Source: Ignavibacteria bacterium | GTDB lineage: Bacteria; Bacteroidota; Ignavibacteria; Ignavibacteriales; Ignavibacteriaceae | NCBI GenBank assembly: GCA_050114555.1 | Contig: JASFSF010000001.1 | Location: 1 to 42,442, forward strand | Length of the DNA: 42,442 nucleotides | Reading direction: 5' to 3' | Shown here: positions 6,726 through 13,974 of the stretch, in pieces | Layout of the letters: each line of letters begins with the position of its first letter | How positions within the stretch are numbered: the stretch's first letter is position 1 | Program-made: the position numbers and the translations under genes | Notes under the pieces: generated by a model | What the model was told of the DNA's origin: nothing | The model's input: only the letters and a program-made list of their open reading frames with translations | Database searches by the model: none

Positions 6726-7156
6726 TATCTTTCCTTAATATTTTTAAGATAGTCGTATGCTTTTGCATATTTCTCAAGACGTTTAAAGTCTTTTTCGGTA
6801 AGACCTTTCAATCTAGTAATATCACTATTATGACAAAGATCTGCCATTTTAACTACACAAGCAATATCAAAATAAGCAATACTTCTGATGTACTCTTCAT
6901 AAGTATTACTACTATGATGAGTTAAAATCAGAATTTGCTGAATTTGTAGTTGAGTAAACCCTTCATCTAGTAACATTTTAGCTGTCCAATCAGTATCCTC
7001 AAGAAGATCATGAAGTACTGCTACGATCATATATTCTTCACCGTAGTCTTTGACTGCGTTCATTACATAAAGGCAATGAAGGATATAAGGATTACCTCCT
7101 TTATCATATTTTCCTTCAAATGCTTGTGCTGCGATACGAATAGCTTTAGATAACAT
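6725..7156 (-). CDS. HD-domain (p)ppGpp/(p)ppApp pyrophosphohydrolase-like protein (SpoT/Mesh1-type small alarmone hydrolase)
   Basis: GGNPYILHCLYV, AVLHDLLEDT and VKMADLCHN match the RelA/SpoT hydrolase (HD_4) motif order. AAGGAGA RBS. Confidence 0.7.
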   Translation of the reverse strand: MLSKAIRIAAQAFEGKYDKGGNPYILHCLYVMNAVKDYGEEYMIVAVLHDLLEDTDWTAKMLLDEGFTQLQIQQILILTHHSSNTYEEYIRSIAYFDIACVVKMADLCHNSDITRLKGLTEKDFKRLEKYAKAYDYLKNIKER

Positions 7157-7165
7157 CGATTCTCC

Positions 7166-8917
7166 TTATTTAAGAAGCCAAGGAGTGATATTCATTTCCT
7201 TGCCTTTATTAAGTTCTTTGATCTTACCTTCAAGTTTAACAAATCTAGTATAGCCTTCATCAGTAAGACCAATAGATTTGAAATAGTTGAGCAAAATAGA
7301 ACGACGATTATCATAGATTTCTTGCATCCATTCAGCAGCAAGATCTTTAGTCTTACGAGCCTCTACGACTGTTACAATAGCCGCATCATGGATAGAGATA
7401 TTCCAATCAAGAGGTTTCACAATACGATTCATACCTTGACTATCTGCATTATGAATGAGTCCTGTTACAAAATATCTCTTAAATTGACTCAAATCAGGGA
7501 CTTTATGCGTTGTAGTATGACGAATAACACTGAGTTTATCAGACTCTGTATTATATACGATATACTGCTTTGTAGTATCACCTACATGCTTATAGCGATT
7601 ACACTCAACAGTGAACTTCTCATCAGCTACATGAAGCATCATATGCTCTTTAGGAGTACAGTGGTTAATGATAATGTCTTTAAACTCATTAGCAATTGCA
7701 AATTTACCGTGAGTTTGATGGAATTTCATCAACTTAACTTGGTCAGAAGTCCAAGTAAGACCTGCTTTCTTCCAGAGTTTTGTGATAGGAGCACTAGATC
7801 CAAATACATATGGAGTTTGTGCTTTCTTGATATGAAGTTTGCTGAGACCGTCAATTTCCCACATATAGCGAGTATGATCAACATAATCACTATGGCCAAG
7901 AAGCAGGCCAATAATCGTCATATTCGATGCCGAGAAGTCTACTTCAATTGGAGTGGTAAATTGATGAGTATTATCTGCATACCAAGCATCAAGATCAGCA
8001 TACATACGCTCAAGCCAGATGTTTTCAAAGAGATCATCTACATCTTCAAGATCATCAATAGCCATTTTACGATCAGCATATGCTTGTTTCCCCATCTGGA
8101 ATTTCTTCTCGATATCTCCTTCGAATCCATAAACTAGTTCTGCAATAAACAGATAAGTATCGTATAGAATATCTTCGTTATCTACAGTAACTGGAGGAGC
8201 TACAACAAGAGCTCTAGCCATCTTATTTGCGATAGGATTAAACACTGTTTTAAGTGCTTGATAAATTGCTCTACCGCGACTATCGAGAGTAAGCTTACCA
8301 AGATTGTATTCTTGATCAGGATTTTGCATAACTTCAAGCACTACATGACGAATAATGGATTCATAGTCATATGCACCATCGACACGAAGAGAATAACCAA
8401 GTTCTTCTTCAAGTCTAGTCATTGCTTTTACTGACACTTGAATAATTTGCTTACGATATTTCTTAAGCATATCAATATCATATTTGAATTTATGAGAACC
8501 AGAGCGAGAGAAACCCATACGAACTAGACCTGTCTTTTGAATACCGGAAGGAAGCTTTACATCAGTAGCTCCTGCAAGAAAGTTAGGAGAACTAGTGATA
8601 GGTTTATAGTGCTCCATCTTAGTGTTAACAATGATTTGATCGAGTTCTTCTTGAGAATATTTTTCCAGAAGTTTTGCTTTATTGAGTTGAATATCTGCAT
8701 AATTGTAGCGAACAGAAGTCGTAATCCATTTATCTTCAGCAAGACGAAGAATCATACGATTACCTTCATTCTGAGAGCTAAACTGATCTAGCCAATAAGG
8801 TAAACTAGTTGCTCCTGCATTATTTGCAAAGCGTCTCCACAAGCTAGTAAGCATACGTTCAGCAACTTCATAGTCGCTATCCTTGTAGTTTTCGATTTCA
8901 GGCAATTCAAGTACCAT
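7166..8917 (-). CDS. T7-like single-subunit RNA polymerase, minimal form (583 aa)
   Basis: LDSRGRAIY (T/DxxGR), EVDFSASNMTIIGLL (motif A Asp), KLHIKKAQTPYVFGSS (motif B K..K..[Y/F]G), ISIHDAAIV (motif C HD). AAGGAGA RBS. Confidence 0.75.
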   Translation of the reverse strand: MVLELPEIENYKDSDYEVAERMLTSLWRRFANNAGATSLPYWLDQFSSQNEGNRMILRLAEDKWITTSVRYNYADIQLNKAKLLEKYSQEELDQIIVNTKMEHYKPITSSPNFLAGATDVKLPSGIQKTGLVRMGFSRSGSHKFKYDIDMLKKYRKQIIQVSVKAMTRLEEELGYSLRVDGAYDYESIIRHVVLEVMQNPDQEYNLGKLTLDSRGRAIYQALKTVFNPIANKMARALVVAPPVTVDNEDILYDTYLFIAELVYGFEGDIEKKFQMGKQAYADRKMAIDDLEDVDDLFENIWLERMYADLDAWYADNTHQFTTPIEVDFSASNMTIIGLLLGHSDYVDHTRYMWEIDGLSKLHIKKAQTPYVFGSSAPITKLWKKAGLTWTSDQVKLMKFHQTHGKFAIANEFKDIIINHCTPKEHMMLHVADEKFTVECNRYKHVGDTTKQYIVYNTESDKLSVIRHTTTHKVPDLSQFKRYFVTGLIHNADSQGMNRIVKPLDWNISIHDAAIVTVVEARKTKDLAAEWMQEIYDNRRSILLNYFKSIGLTDEGYTRFVKLEGKIKELNKGKEMNITPWLLK

Positions 8918-8963
8918 ATTCTATCTCCTTAAAAATTTTAACAGTAGTAAAGGTAGGTGAAAC

Positions 8964-9602
8964 CTACCGAGAAAGCTCTCCTTTGAGGAGTTGTAGCTGT
9001 TTTGCTTTATTAAGCCGTTCAACCGCACCTGTCCAAGCTTGCTCTTCTTGACGCTGAGTAGCTTCGTAGTCTGCATAGAGGCCAAGTTTGCTTGCAATGA
9101 TATTAATTGCTACATTAAGCTTTTCTACATCTGCGGAAATGCCTTGTTCAGCACGATCACATGCTTCTTGATCAAGTACAACGATTTCACCGTCTGTATG
9201 AGTAATTGTAGTTGCTTCACGAAGATACGGAAGACTACCATAACTAGTGACTACCATATCACGAAGATCACGATCAAAGAGTTCATAAAGATCTAGATCG
9301 TCTTTAGAACTAGGGGTAAGCAGATCACGAACATCACGCTTAGCAAACTGTAGATTAGTGGCAATAGCTACCATTTTCTCTACATTATCTTCAAACTTGT
9401 AACCAGTCATGATATCACGATTATATGCGGCTGAGATTTGATCGATAATGGTATCGAGTACTTTTGCATCTTGTTCACAAAGGAAGCGTTGAGCACCTGT
9501 ATCTGTGTTAAGCATAGCCAAATCTTTTTGTTCACGTTTAGCTTGTGCAGCTGCTTTGATTGCGTTCATACGCTCTGTAATTGCTTGTGTTCTTTCTGTC
9601 AT
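8964..9602 (-). CDS. hypothetical protein (212 aa), immediately upstream of the RNAP gene
   Basis: Track ORF; AAAGGA RBS; GC visibly higher than the small accessory genes. Confidence 0.7.
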   Translation of the reverse strand: MTERTQAITERMNAIKAAAQAKREQKDLAMLNTDTGAQRFLCEQDAKVLDTIIDQISAAYNRDIMTGYKFEDNVEKMVAIATNLQFAKRDVRDLLTPSSKDDLDLYELFDRDLRDMVVTSYGSLPYLREATTITHTDGEIVVLDQEACDRAEQGISADVEKLNVAINIIASKLGLYADYEATQRQEEQAWTGAVERLNKAKQLQLLKGELSR

Positions 9603-9648
9603 GTATGTCCTTTAAGTTGTTGATGTTTTGGAGTCTAGCTCCATTGAA

Positions 9649-9662
9649 CCACTCGAAAGTGG
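9649..9662 (-). terminator. hairpin CCACU-UUCG-AGUGG
   Basis: 5-bp stem with a UUCG loop on the minus strand, between 9665..9877 and 8964..9602. A second small dyad GGAG..CTCC lies at 9631-9643. Confidence 0.45.
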
Positions 9663-9664
9663 CT

Positions 9665-9877
9665 CTAAGAACTAGGTTGATTAACTTGCTTTTCAATGAT
9701 ATAATCAAATCCTTGATCTTGTTCATAACTTCTACGTTCATTAACAAATTTCATGGCTTCAAGATACGTTCCTTCAAATACGAGAGTTCGTTTTTCTGAA
9801 TTAATACGGTTAAAATGGTTTTTACCATAATAAGTCTTTTTACGATAAACTTTACTAGGTGTTTTTGCTAATGACAT
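9665..9877 (-). CDS. hypothetical basic protein (70 aa)
   Basis: Track ORF; AAGGAG RBS. Confidence 0.65.
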   Translation of the reverse strand: MSLAKTPSKVYRKKTYYGKNHFNRINSEKRTLVFEGTYLEAMKFVNERRSYEQDQGFDYIIEKQVNQPSS

Positions 9878-9897
9878 TTATACTCCTTATAATTGTA

Positions 9898-9993
9898 TTA
9901 TTTATCAAATAATGCTGTTGTAGATGCTAATACTACAAGTAATAGAAACCATACAGGTGCCATATCCCAAAAGAGGAACTTAATTACTTTCAT
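9898..9993 (-). CDS. 31-aa single-TM micropeptide (MKVIKFLFWDMAPVWFLLLVVLASTTALFDK)
   Basis: Hand translation; TAATG coupling to the upstream gene. Confidence 0.4.
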   Translation of the reverse strand: MKVIKFLFWDMAPVWFLLLVVLASTTALFDK

Positions 9994-10217
9994 TAATTCA
10001 TAGCTTCATTTAGCTCTTCTAAAGATGTGAAACATACTTCCATATCACATTCGTCAAATACATATTCAACAATACTATATGGCGGAGTAGTTTCACTATT
10101 TTTAACTTTTTCATAATAGTCAATAGCTACTACTACTCTAGAACCTATATCTGTACACATCCATTTTGAAACAGGTGTATAGAATATTTCACCAATTTTA
10201 AAATCAGATAATTTCAT
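9993..10217 (-). CDS. hypothetical protein (74 aa)
   Basis: Track ORF; TAATG coupling. Confidence 0.6.
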   Translation of the reverse strand: MKLSDFKIGEIFYTPVSKWMCTDIGSRVVVAIDYYEKVKNSETTPPYSIVEYVFDECDMEVCFTSLEELNEAMN

Positions 10218-10438
10218 TAATTCATAGCCCTCTCTAGATCATCTAGTGTAAACCATTTGCCGTCATTACGGCTTTTTACATCATTGATTTCTTCAAGAGT
10301 ATCTTTAAGATCATCTTGTAGAGTCACCTCTTGCTTAATTGCCCAAATATTGGTCTTTTCACCAATAAACTTGAATAGTCTTTTGATACTAGCCCAAGCC
10401 AATACAAGCACTACTACTACTACGATAAGCTCTACCAC
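10217..10438 (-). CDS. N-terminally anchored small protein (73 aa), GTG start
   Basis: Track ORF. TM segment LIVVVVVLVLAWASI; AGGA lies 6 nt upstream of the GTG. Confidence 0.55.
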   Translation of the reverse strand: MVELIVVVVVLVLAWASIKRLFKFIGEKTNIWAIKQEVTLQDDLKDTLEEINDVKSRNDGKWFTLDDLERAMN

Positions 10439-10716
10439 TATTTATCCTTTACAACTTTAAGATGTTTAATACCAAGTGCTTTCTCAATTTCAGAGATAGT
10501 TAGAATAGTTTCAGTTACTTCTTTTTGGTATTTCACTCTAGGATCAAGATTAACACCTGTTTGATAATGTTTTTCATCATTAATAGTATCAATTACAACT
10601 ATTCTACCGTTACTAAATTGAAGATAGTACCCAATATCCCATGCAGATTTTCTGATTTTATATCCTTCCAATAAAGCTACACAAGCTTCTTCATATGTAC
10701 ATTCTACAAATTTCAC
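10438..10716 (-). CDS. DUF2829-like protein (fold family of the Thoeris anti-defence sponge Tad2), GTG start
   Basis: The N-terminal pattern F-x-E-x-x-x-E-A-x-x-A-L-x-x-G-x-K-I-R-K-x-x-W-x-x-G-x-Y-L resembles the DUF2829 signature. AAAGGA RBS. Confidence 0.4.
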   Translation of the reverse strand: MKFVECTYEEACVALLEGYKIRKSAWDIGYYLQFSNGRIVVIDTINDEKHYQTGVNLDPRVKYQKEVTETILTISEIEKALGIKHLKVVKDK

Positions 10717-10860
10717 ATTTATCCTTTAGATGAATTAAGTCATTGAGACTTTAGAGAATGCTATTCGTCTCTAGATAAACTAGTAGATTACTTAGCATTC
10801 CAAAAATCGCAAGTAAATGCTGATAGGTCATCACTCCGTATCAACACATAATACAAAAGA

Positions 10861-10871
10861 GGCCGAAGGCC
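10861..10871 (-). terminator. hairpin GGCC-UUC-GGCC followed by UCUUUUGUAUUAU
   Basis: Starts 5 nt after the stop of 10876..11472. A 145-nt gap follows before the next gene. Confidence 0.55.
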
Positions 10872-10875
10872 AATA

Positions 10876-11472
10876 TTAGTTATTCTTTAAATCATAACAT
10901 GTTACAGGAGTAGCTTCACAATACCAAAGATATCCAGATTTAAATGGTTGTTTTTTACCCGATTTTGAAACATGACCCTTTGCCCAATAGTCTATCCATT
11001 TTGCGGTGTTTTTACCCTCTACCCAACAAAGTACAGGATTTTCGCTGCTTACTGTTTCGTACCACTCTTTTGGTGCTGGTTTGGCGTTAGGCCAAGAACG
11101 AACATTATCGCCATCTCTGCTATGACAAATAAATTGCTTACCATCTTTTGTCATTGAGATAAATTCACGCTTTACTGCTTTTGTTTCGTCTGTGTTCCAC
11201 ACCATAATCTCTTCACCTTGTTCCGGTTGCCGCTCTTCGCATGTGCCATTCGTTCGGATGAACAGGTCGGCGTCAACTTCCTCATACTCACCATACGGGT
11301 CCAGATAAATTTTGTTTGCTTCAAGCGATTTGTCGAAATTAATAAACAGTTGCTCGAACTTAGTGTATTCAATACCTGACCTTCCATACCAATTAGCCCC
11401 ACGTGCAATAGCGATCTCTTGCACCTTACGACTTTGCTCAGGTGTAACTCTCATTACAATGTTCGTTTTCAT
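10876..11472 (-). CDS. hypothetical protein (198 aa)
   Basis: Track ORF trimmed to the ATG at 11472: ATGA overlap with the upstream stop, and AAAGGAA RBS. Confidence 0.65.
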   Translation of the reverse strand: MKTNIVMRVTPEQSRKVQEIAIARGANWYGRSGIEYTKFEQLFINFDKSLEANKIYLDPYGEYEEVDADLFIRTNGTCEERQPEQGEEIMVWNTDETKAVKREFISMTKDGKQFICHSRDGDNVRSWPNAKPAPKEWYETVSSENPVLCWVEGKNTAKWIDYWAKGHVSKSGKKQPFKSGYLWYCEATPVTCYDLKNN

Positions 11473-11720
11473 TTGTATTCCTTTACTAGATCTAGTAGTT
11501 CTTGTGTCCAATCAATATATACAGATGAATCCCTATGGTTACGTCCAGCAGCGTCAATACAGATTCTATCACCTATTTTTGGTGAATTATACAAAATATC
11601 TTTAATATAGTATCTGCAAGGCCAGCCAAAATCGATAATAGATCCATATTCTGAAGTATTATCAACAACTACTTTTTTAGGGAAAATTCTTCCATTTTCG
11701 TCATATGCATTTACAGTCAT
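11469..11720 (-). CDS. hypothetical protein (83 aa)
   Basis: Track ORF; AAAGGAGAA RBS. Confidence 0.65.
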   Translation of the reverse strand: MTVNAYDENGRIFPKKVVVDNTSEYGSIIDFGWPCRYYIKDILYNSPKIGDRICIDAAGRNHRDSSVYIDWTQELLDLVKEYK

Positions 11721-12119
11721 TTATTCTCCTTTATATTCAAGCATTCTGCTTTCATCTATCTTTTTAAGCTGTTGAGCAAGCTTGTGACATTCATTAACCA
11801 TATAATCTAGATCTCTGAATTCACCTTCGCCCCAAAACCTGATTTTGTCACCAGCATGTGCAGCATCAAATCCAATAAACCATGTATCATCAGATTTAAC
11901 ATTTGGCAAAAAGTTGTTAGTATAAGTTACGCCTCCATGTACTTCTAATGATTCAATTAAATCATCATAATCAAAAGCAAGATAACAAGGATGAGTATTA
12001 GGTACTTCTACATACCCGCAATAATGAGAGTTATTAACCCAAATTACATGAGCTTTGTAACCATTTGTTTCGAAGTGAGATTCAGGCATTGCGGTTAATG
12101 CGACTTGTTTTTCTTTCAT
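11721..12119 (-). CDS. conserved phage protein with CGYV ... VHGGVTY ... GFDAAHAGD motifs (132 aa)
   Basis: Track ORF; AAGGAG RBS. The His/Asp motif string suggests a metal site; function unknown. Confidence 0.6.
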   Translation of the reverse strand: MKEKQVALTAMPESHFETNGYKAHVIWVNNSHYCGYVEVPNTHPCYLAFDYDDLIESLEVHGGVTYTNNFLPNVKSDDTWFIGFDAAHAGDKIRFWGEGEFRDLDYMVNECHKLAQQLKKIDESRMLEYKGE

Positions 12120-12335
12120 TTATTGCTCCTTATTCATAAGTTTAGCTGCTTCCATGAATTGACTTTGTTTATCCAGAATCTGTTTAAAGTCTTCTGGCAT
12201 AAAACGATGCTTTCCAAAGGTAATCGTACCATCTTCATTAAAGACTACGTTAATATCTTCACTGTAGCATCCAACTTCAGGGTAACCTTCTTCACAGTAA
12301 TAAACTGTCGGTACTGTAGTTTTGTAAGTTAACAT
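12120..12335 (-). CDS. hypothetical protein (71 aa)
   Basis: Track ORF; junction TAAGGAGATAGAAAATG identical to that of 12347..12553. Confidence 0.65.
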   Translation of the reverse strand: MLTYKTTVPTVYYCEEGYPEVGCYSEDINVVFNEDGTITFGKHRFMPEDFKQILDKQSQFMEAAKLMNKEQ

Positions 12336-12346
12336 TTTCTATCTCC

Positions 12347-12553
12347 TTATTTATCTTCCATGATATGTTCAACATAACTCATTGACGGAACTTTAATGTC
12401 GAGATATTCCGTTGTAGTATCGTACATATACAGAATATAATCATCAGTGTCTTCTTTTTTATATAAAGCACGAACTTCCCAATGATAAACATTGTGATCT
12501 TTTACTTTGTAATATGTGCTTCCATTTAGTGTAATTACATTTGGTGCTTTCAT
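12347..12553 (-). CDS. hypothetical protein (68 aa), first gene of the leftward arm
   Basis: Track ORF; TAAGGAGATAGAAAATG. Confidence 0.65.
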   Translation of the reverse strand: MKAPNVITLNGSTYYKVKDHNVYHWEVRALYKKEDTDDYILYMYDTTTEYLDIKVPSMSYVEHIMEDK

Positions 12554-12631
12554 TTTCTATCTCCTTAATTTAATTACATACAAATCAAACGAAATGTACG
12601 TTCATGTAATGCGATAACCACAATACGAAAG

Positions 12632-12644
12632 ACACCGAAGGTGT
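12632..12644 (-). terminator. hairpin ACACC-GAA-GGTGT (plus-strand reading) in the leader upstream of the first leftward gene
   Basis: 5-bp stem with a 3-nt loop, 79 nt upstream of the ATG at 12553. Could be an attenuator/terminator or a hairpin-type promoter (see findings). Confidence 0.35.
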
Positions 12645-12687
12645 AACAAGAAATAACAATTGAAAATATGGATAAAATAAGATAATC

Positions 12688-12720
12688 ACTGTCAACTGAG
12701 AGTATAACAACTGTCAACTG
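12688..12720. repeat. two direct copies of ACTGTCAACTG (12688-12698, 12710-12720), 22-bp period
   Basis: Read directly. Each copy contains TTGACA on the minus strand. Candidate operator or -35 elements. Confidence 0.6.
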
Positions 12721-12738
12721 GTAGTTTACGATGTGTAA

Positions 12739-12758
12739 CGGTATAGTTTTCTATACCG
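12739..12758. other. perfect 8-bp/4-nt hairpin CGGTATAG-TTTT-CTATACCG
   Basis: Read directly; lies in the non-coding hub. Confidence 0.6.
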
Positions 12759-12763
12759 ATAGC

Positions 12764-12781
12764 AATTCCCTGTATAGCCCT
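12764..12781 (+). promoter_or_regulatory. box R1, degenerate copy (AATTCCCT-GTATAG-CCCT) of the AAACTCCCT-N6-GGGC box
   Basis: Alignment by eye with R2 and R3. Followed by AAGGATTTTT and the AT hairpin 12815-12823/12836-12844 plus a T run. Confidence 0.3.
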
Positions 12782-12888
12782 ACCTGACGAGGTTTGTTAA
12801 GGATTTTTACTTTTTTTTGCTTTAAAGATATATAAAAAGCAAAAGCAAATTTTTAGTATATTTATTAATTAATAAGGGAATATGAATG

Positions 12889-12907
12889 AAACTCCCTAAT
12901 ATAGGGC
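12889..12907 (+). promoter_or_regulatory. box R2: AAACTCCCT-AATATA-GGGC, candidate phage-RNAP (T7-style) promoter
   Basis: Identical to R3 at 9+4 positions. Contains the dyad CCCTA-ATA-TAGGG; AGGATTTTG lies at 12915-12923. A long imperfect stem 12923-12940/12987-13006 follows. Confidence 0.4.
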
Positions 12908-13045
12908 TTTACAAAGGATTTTGCTTGCAACCACTCAACAAAATGATAGGCAAAATGTAAGATGAATGCAAAATAAGAGGTAAAAATGTTGAGTAAGTGA
13001 ACAAGCTTGTAATTTACATATGTATAGTTATTATAGTAATAGAGC

Positions 13046-13064
13046 AAACTCCCTGTACAAGGGC
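13046..13064 (+). promoter_or_regulatory. box R3: AAACTCCCT-GTACAA-GGGC, candidate phage-RNAP (T7-style) promoter
   Basis: Same box as R2. AGGATTTTG lies at 13073-13081, and the hairpin at 13115-13133 follows. Confidence 0.4.
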
Positions 13065-13114
13065 ATTTGAGCAGGATTTTGGTACTACAAACTTGGTGTC
13101 TTTTAATATAGAAA

Positions 13115-13133
13115 GACCTACGATTTGTAGGTC
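13115..13133 (+). terminator. hairpin GACCTAC-GATTT-GTAGGTC followed by CTTTAAG
   Basis: 7-bp perfect stem about 55 nt downstream of the GGGC of box R3. The T tract is weak. Confidence 0.4.
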
Positions 13134-13162
13134 CTTTAAGTAGTTCTTAAGATACTATTAAG

Positions 13163-13168
13163 TATAAT
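13163..13168 (+). promoter_or_regulatory. TATAAT -10 in the context TTAAGTATAAT, upstream of 13219..13758
   Basis: TTAAG recurs three times (13136, 13146, 13158). The 5' UTR hairpin AGAGCA..TGCTCT and the AAGGAAAGG RBS follow. Confidence 0.4.
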
Positions 13169-13218
13169 GTAAGGAATAAAGAGCAGAGGAAGTGCTCTTA
13201 AGGAAAGGTAAATGTATT

Positions 13219-13758
13219 ATGACACAACACAACTTAAACGAAGCTGAGAAAAGGAATATTTCTATAACACTTGATGCAGGTGATGAAATTAGCCTTACCA
13301 GAAATAACAGAAATAGCAATGTCCCAAATTATTTTAAGATAGGAAACGGAAATATGAGTAAAAATAAACCAGCAAGTATTAATCTGATAAAAGAACTAGT
13401 TATGCTTAGTAAACCAGCACAACAATTAATTGATGTAATTATGGATGGTATGCATTATGTAGAAGATCTATATGGAACAGACTTAAATGGTAAATTTATC
13501 GGTGGTATGACTTTTGTTGTAGAAGTTAGGAAGAAAGATCATAAATACTTACTTGATAAAGGACTTCCAGAGCTATTTGAGAAAGATTTGGTTCGTAGAG
13601 TTAGTCGAGGTAAATATATGATTAATCCTCATGCTTTACAAACTGTATTTCATAAACAGAAAGAAGTATGGGATAAAGCCAGTAATCCTAAACAGAAGGA
13701 TGAAGAAGTAGAACTCGTCGCGCCTGATAAGGTGCAGAGTTCGGATGATGAAGACTGA
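13219..13758 (+). CDS. putative winged-helix DNA-binding protein (179 aa) with an acidic C-terminal tail
   Basis: Track ORF trimmed to the ATG at 13219 (RBS AAGGAAAGG). C-terminal LVRRVSRGKYMINPHAL looks like a wing motif. The assignment is weak. Confidence 0.35.
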   Translation: MTQHNLNEAEKRNISITLDAGDEISLTRNNRNSNVPNYFKIGNGNMSKNKPASINLIKELVMLSKPAQQLIDVIMDGMHYVEDLYGTDLNGKFIGGMTFVVEVRKKDHKYLLDKGLPELFEKDLVRRVSRGKYMINPHALQTVFHKQKEVWDKASNPKQKDEEVELVAPDKVQSSDDED

Positions 13759-13920
13759 GCTATATAACAAGATAAGAGCAACACTAGATCCTATAGCAAA
13801 CTACTTAATGCTATCCAATACTAAACACACCACAACACAAGAGATACCGAAGGTAATCGATAATGGTTGGATATGATGAACACATGAAAATCTTCCCAAT
13901 TTGATTGGCCTATCTTTAAA

Positions 13921-13956
13921 AGTGTGGGAAGTGTGGAAGAGATGAGTGTGGGAGAA
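13921..13956. repeat. left cluster of GTGTGGG boxes (AGTGTGGGAA, GTGTGGAAGA, AGAGATGAGTGTGGGAGAA)
   Basis: Read directly; related copies at 15121-15156 and 15208-15229 flank the other side of the cassette. Confidence 0.7.
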
Positions 13957-13974
13957 AAAAATAAAGGGTAAGAA

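Noticed and set aside
7322-8137. 271-aa plus-strand ORF, and the smaller ORFs at 7729..7911, 8537..8791 and 8557..8742, all inside the RNAP gene
   Set aside because: They lie antisense to, or out of frame with, a gene that has clear catalytic motifs. Their translations are low-complexity Ile/Leu/Phe/Ser/Cys-rich strings typical of shadow frames in AT-rich DNA, and none has an RBS.
7166-8917. Family-A DNA polymerase as an alternative identity for the 583-aa protein
   Set aside because: Motifs A, B and C alone are ambiguous between PolA and T7-like RNAPs. The DSRGR (T/DxxGR) motif is RNAP-specific. No exonuclease domain and no PolA-type DYSQIELR or FGxxYG strings are present.
9538-11610. Assorted overlapping track ORFs (9538..9747, 9581..9799, 10257..10460, 10972..11157, 11172..11408, 11312..11605, 11419..11610)
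   Set aside because: They are antisense or out-of-frame shadows of better-supported minus-strand genes, and they lack an RBS or coupling signals.
12865-13047. 60-aa minus-strand ORF inside the non-coding hub
   Set aside because: No RBS. The translation is Tyr/Asn/Phe/Leu-rich AT-bias noise. It spans the conserved R2 box and the long inverted repeat.
12688-13133. CRISPR array or tandem-repeat locus in the non-coding hub
   Set aside because: There are only 2-3 copies of each box, with unequal spacing (22, 125 and 157 nt) and no uniform repeat/spacer structure.
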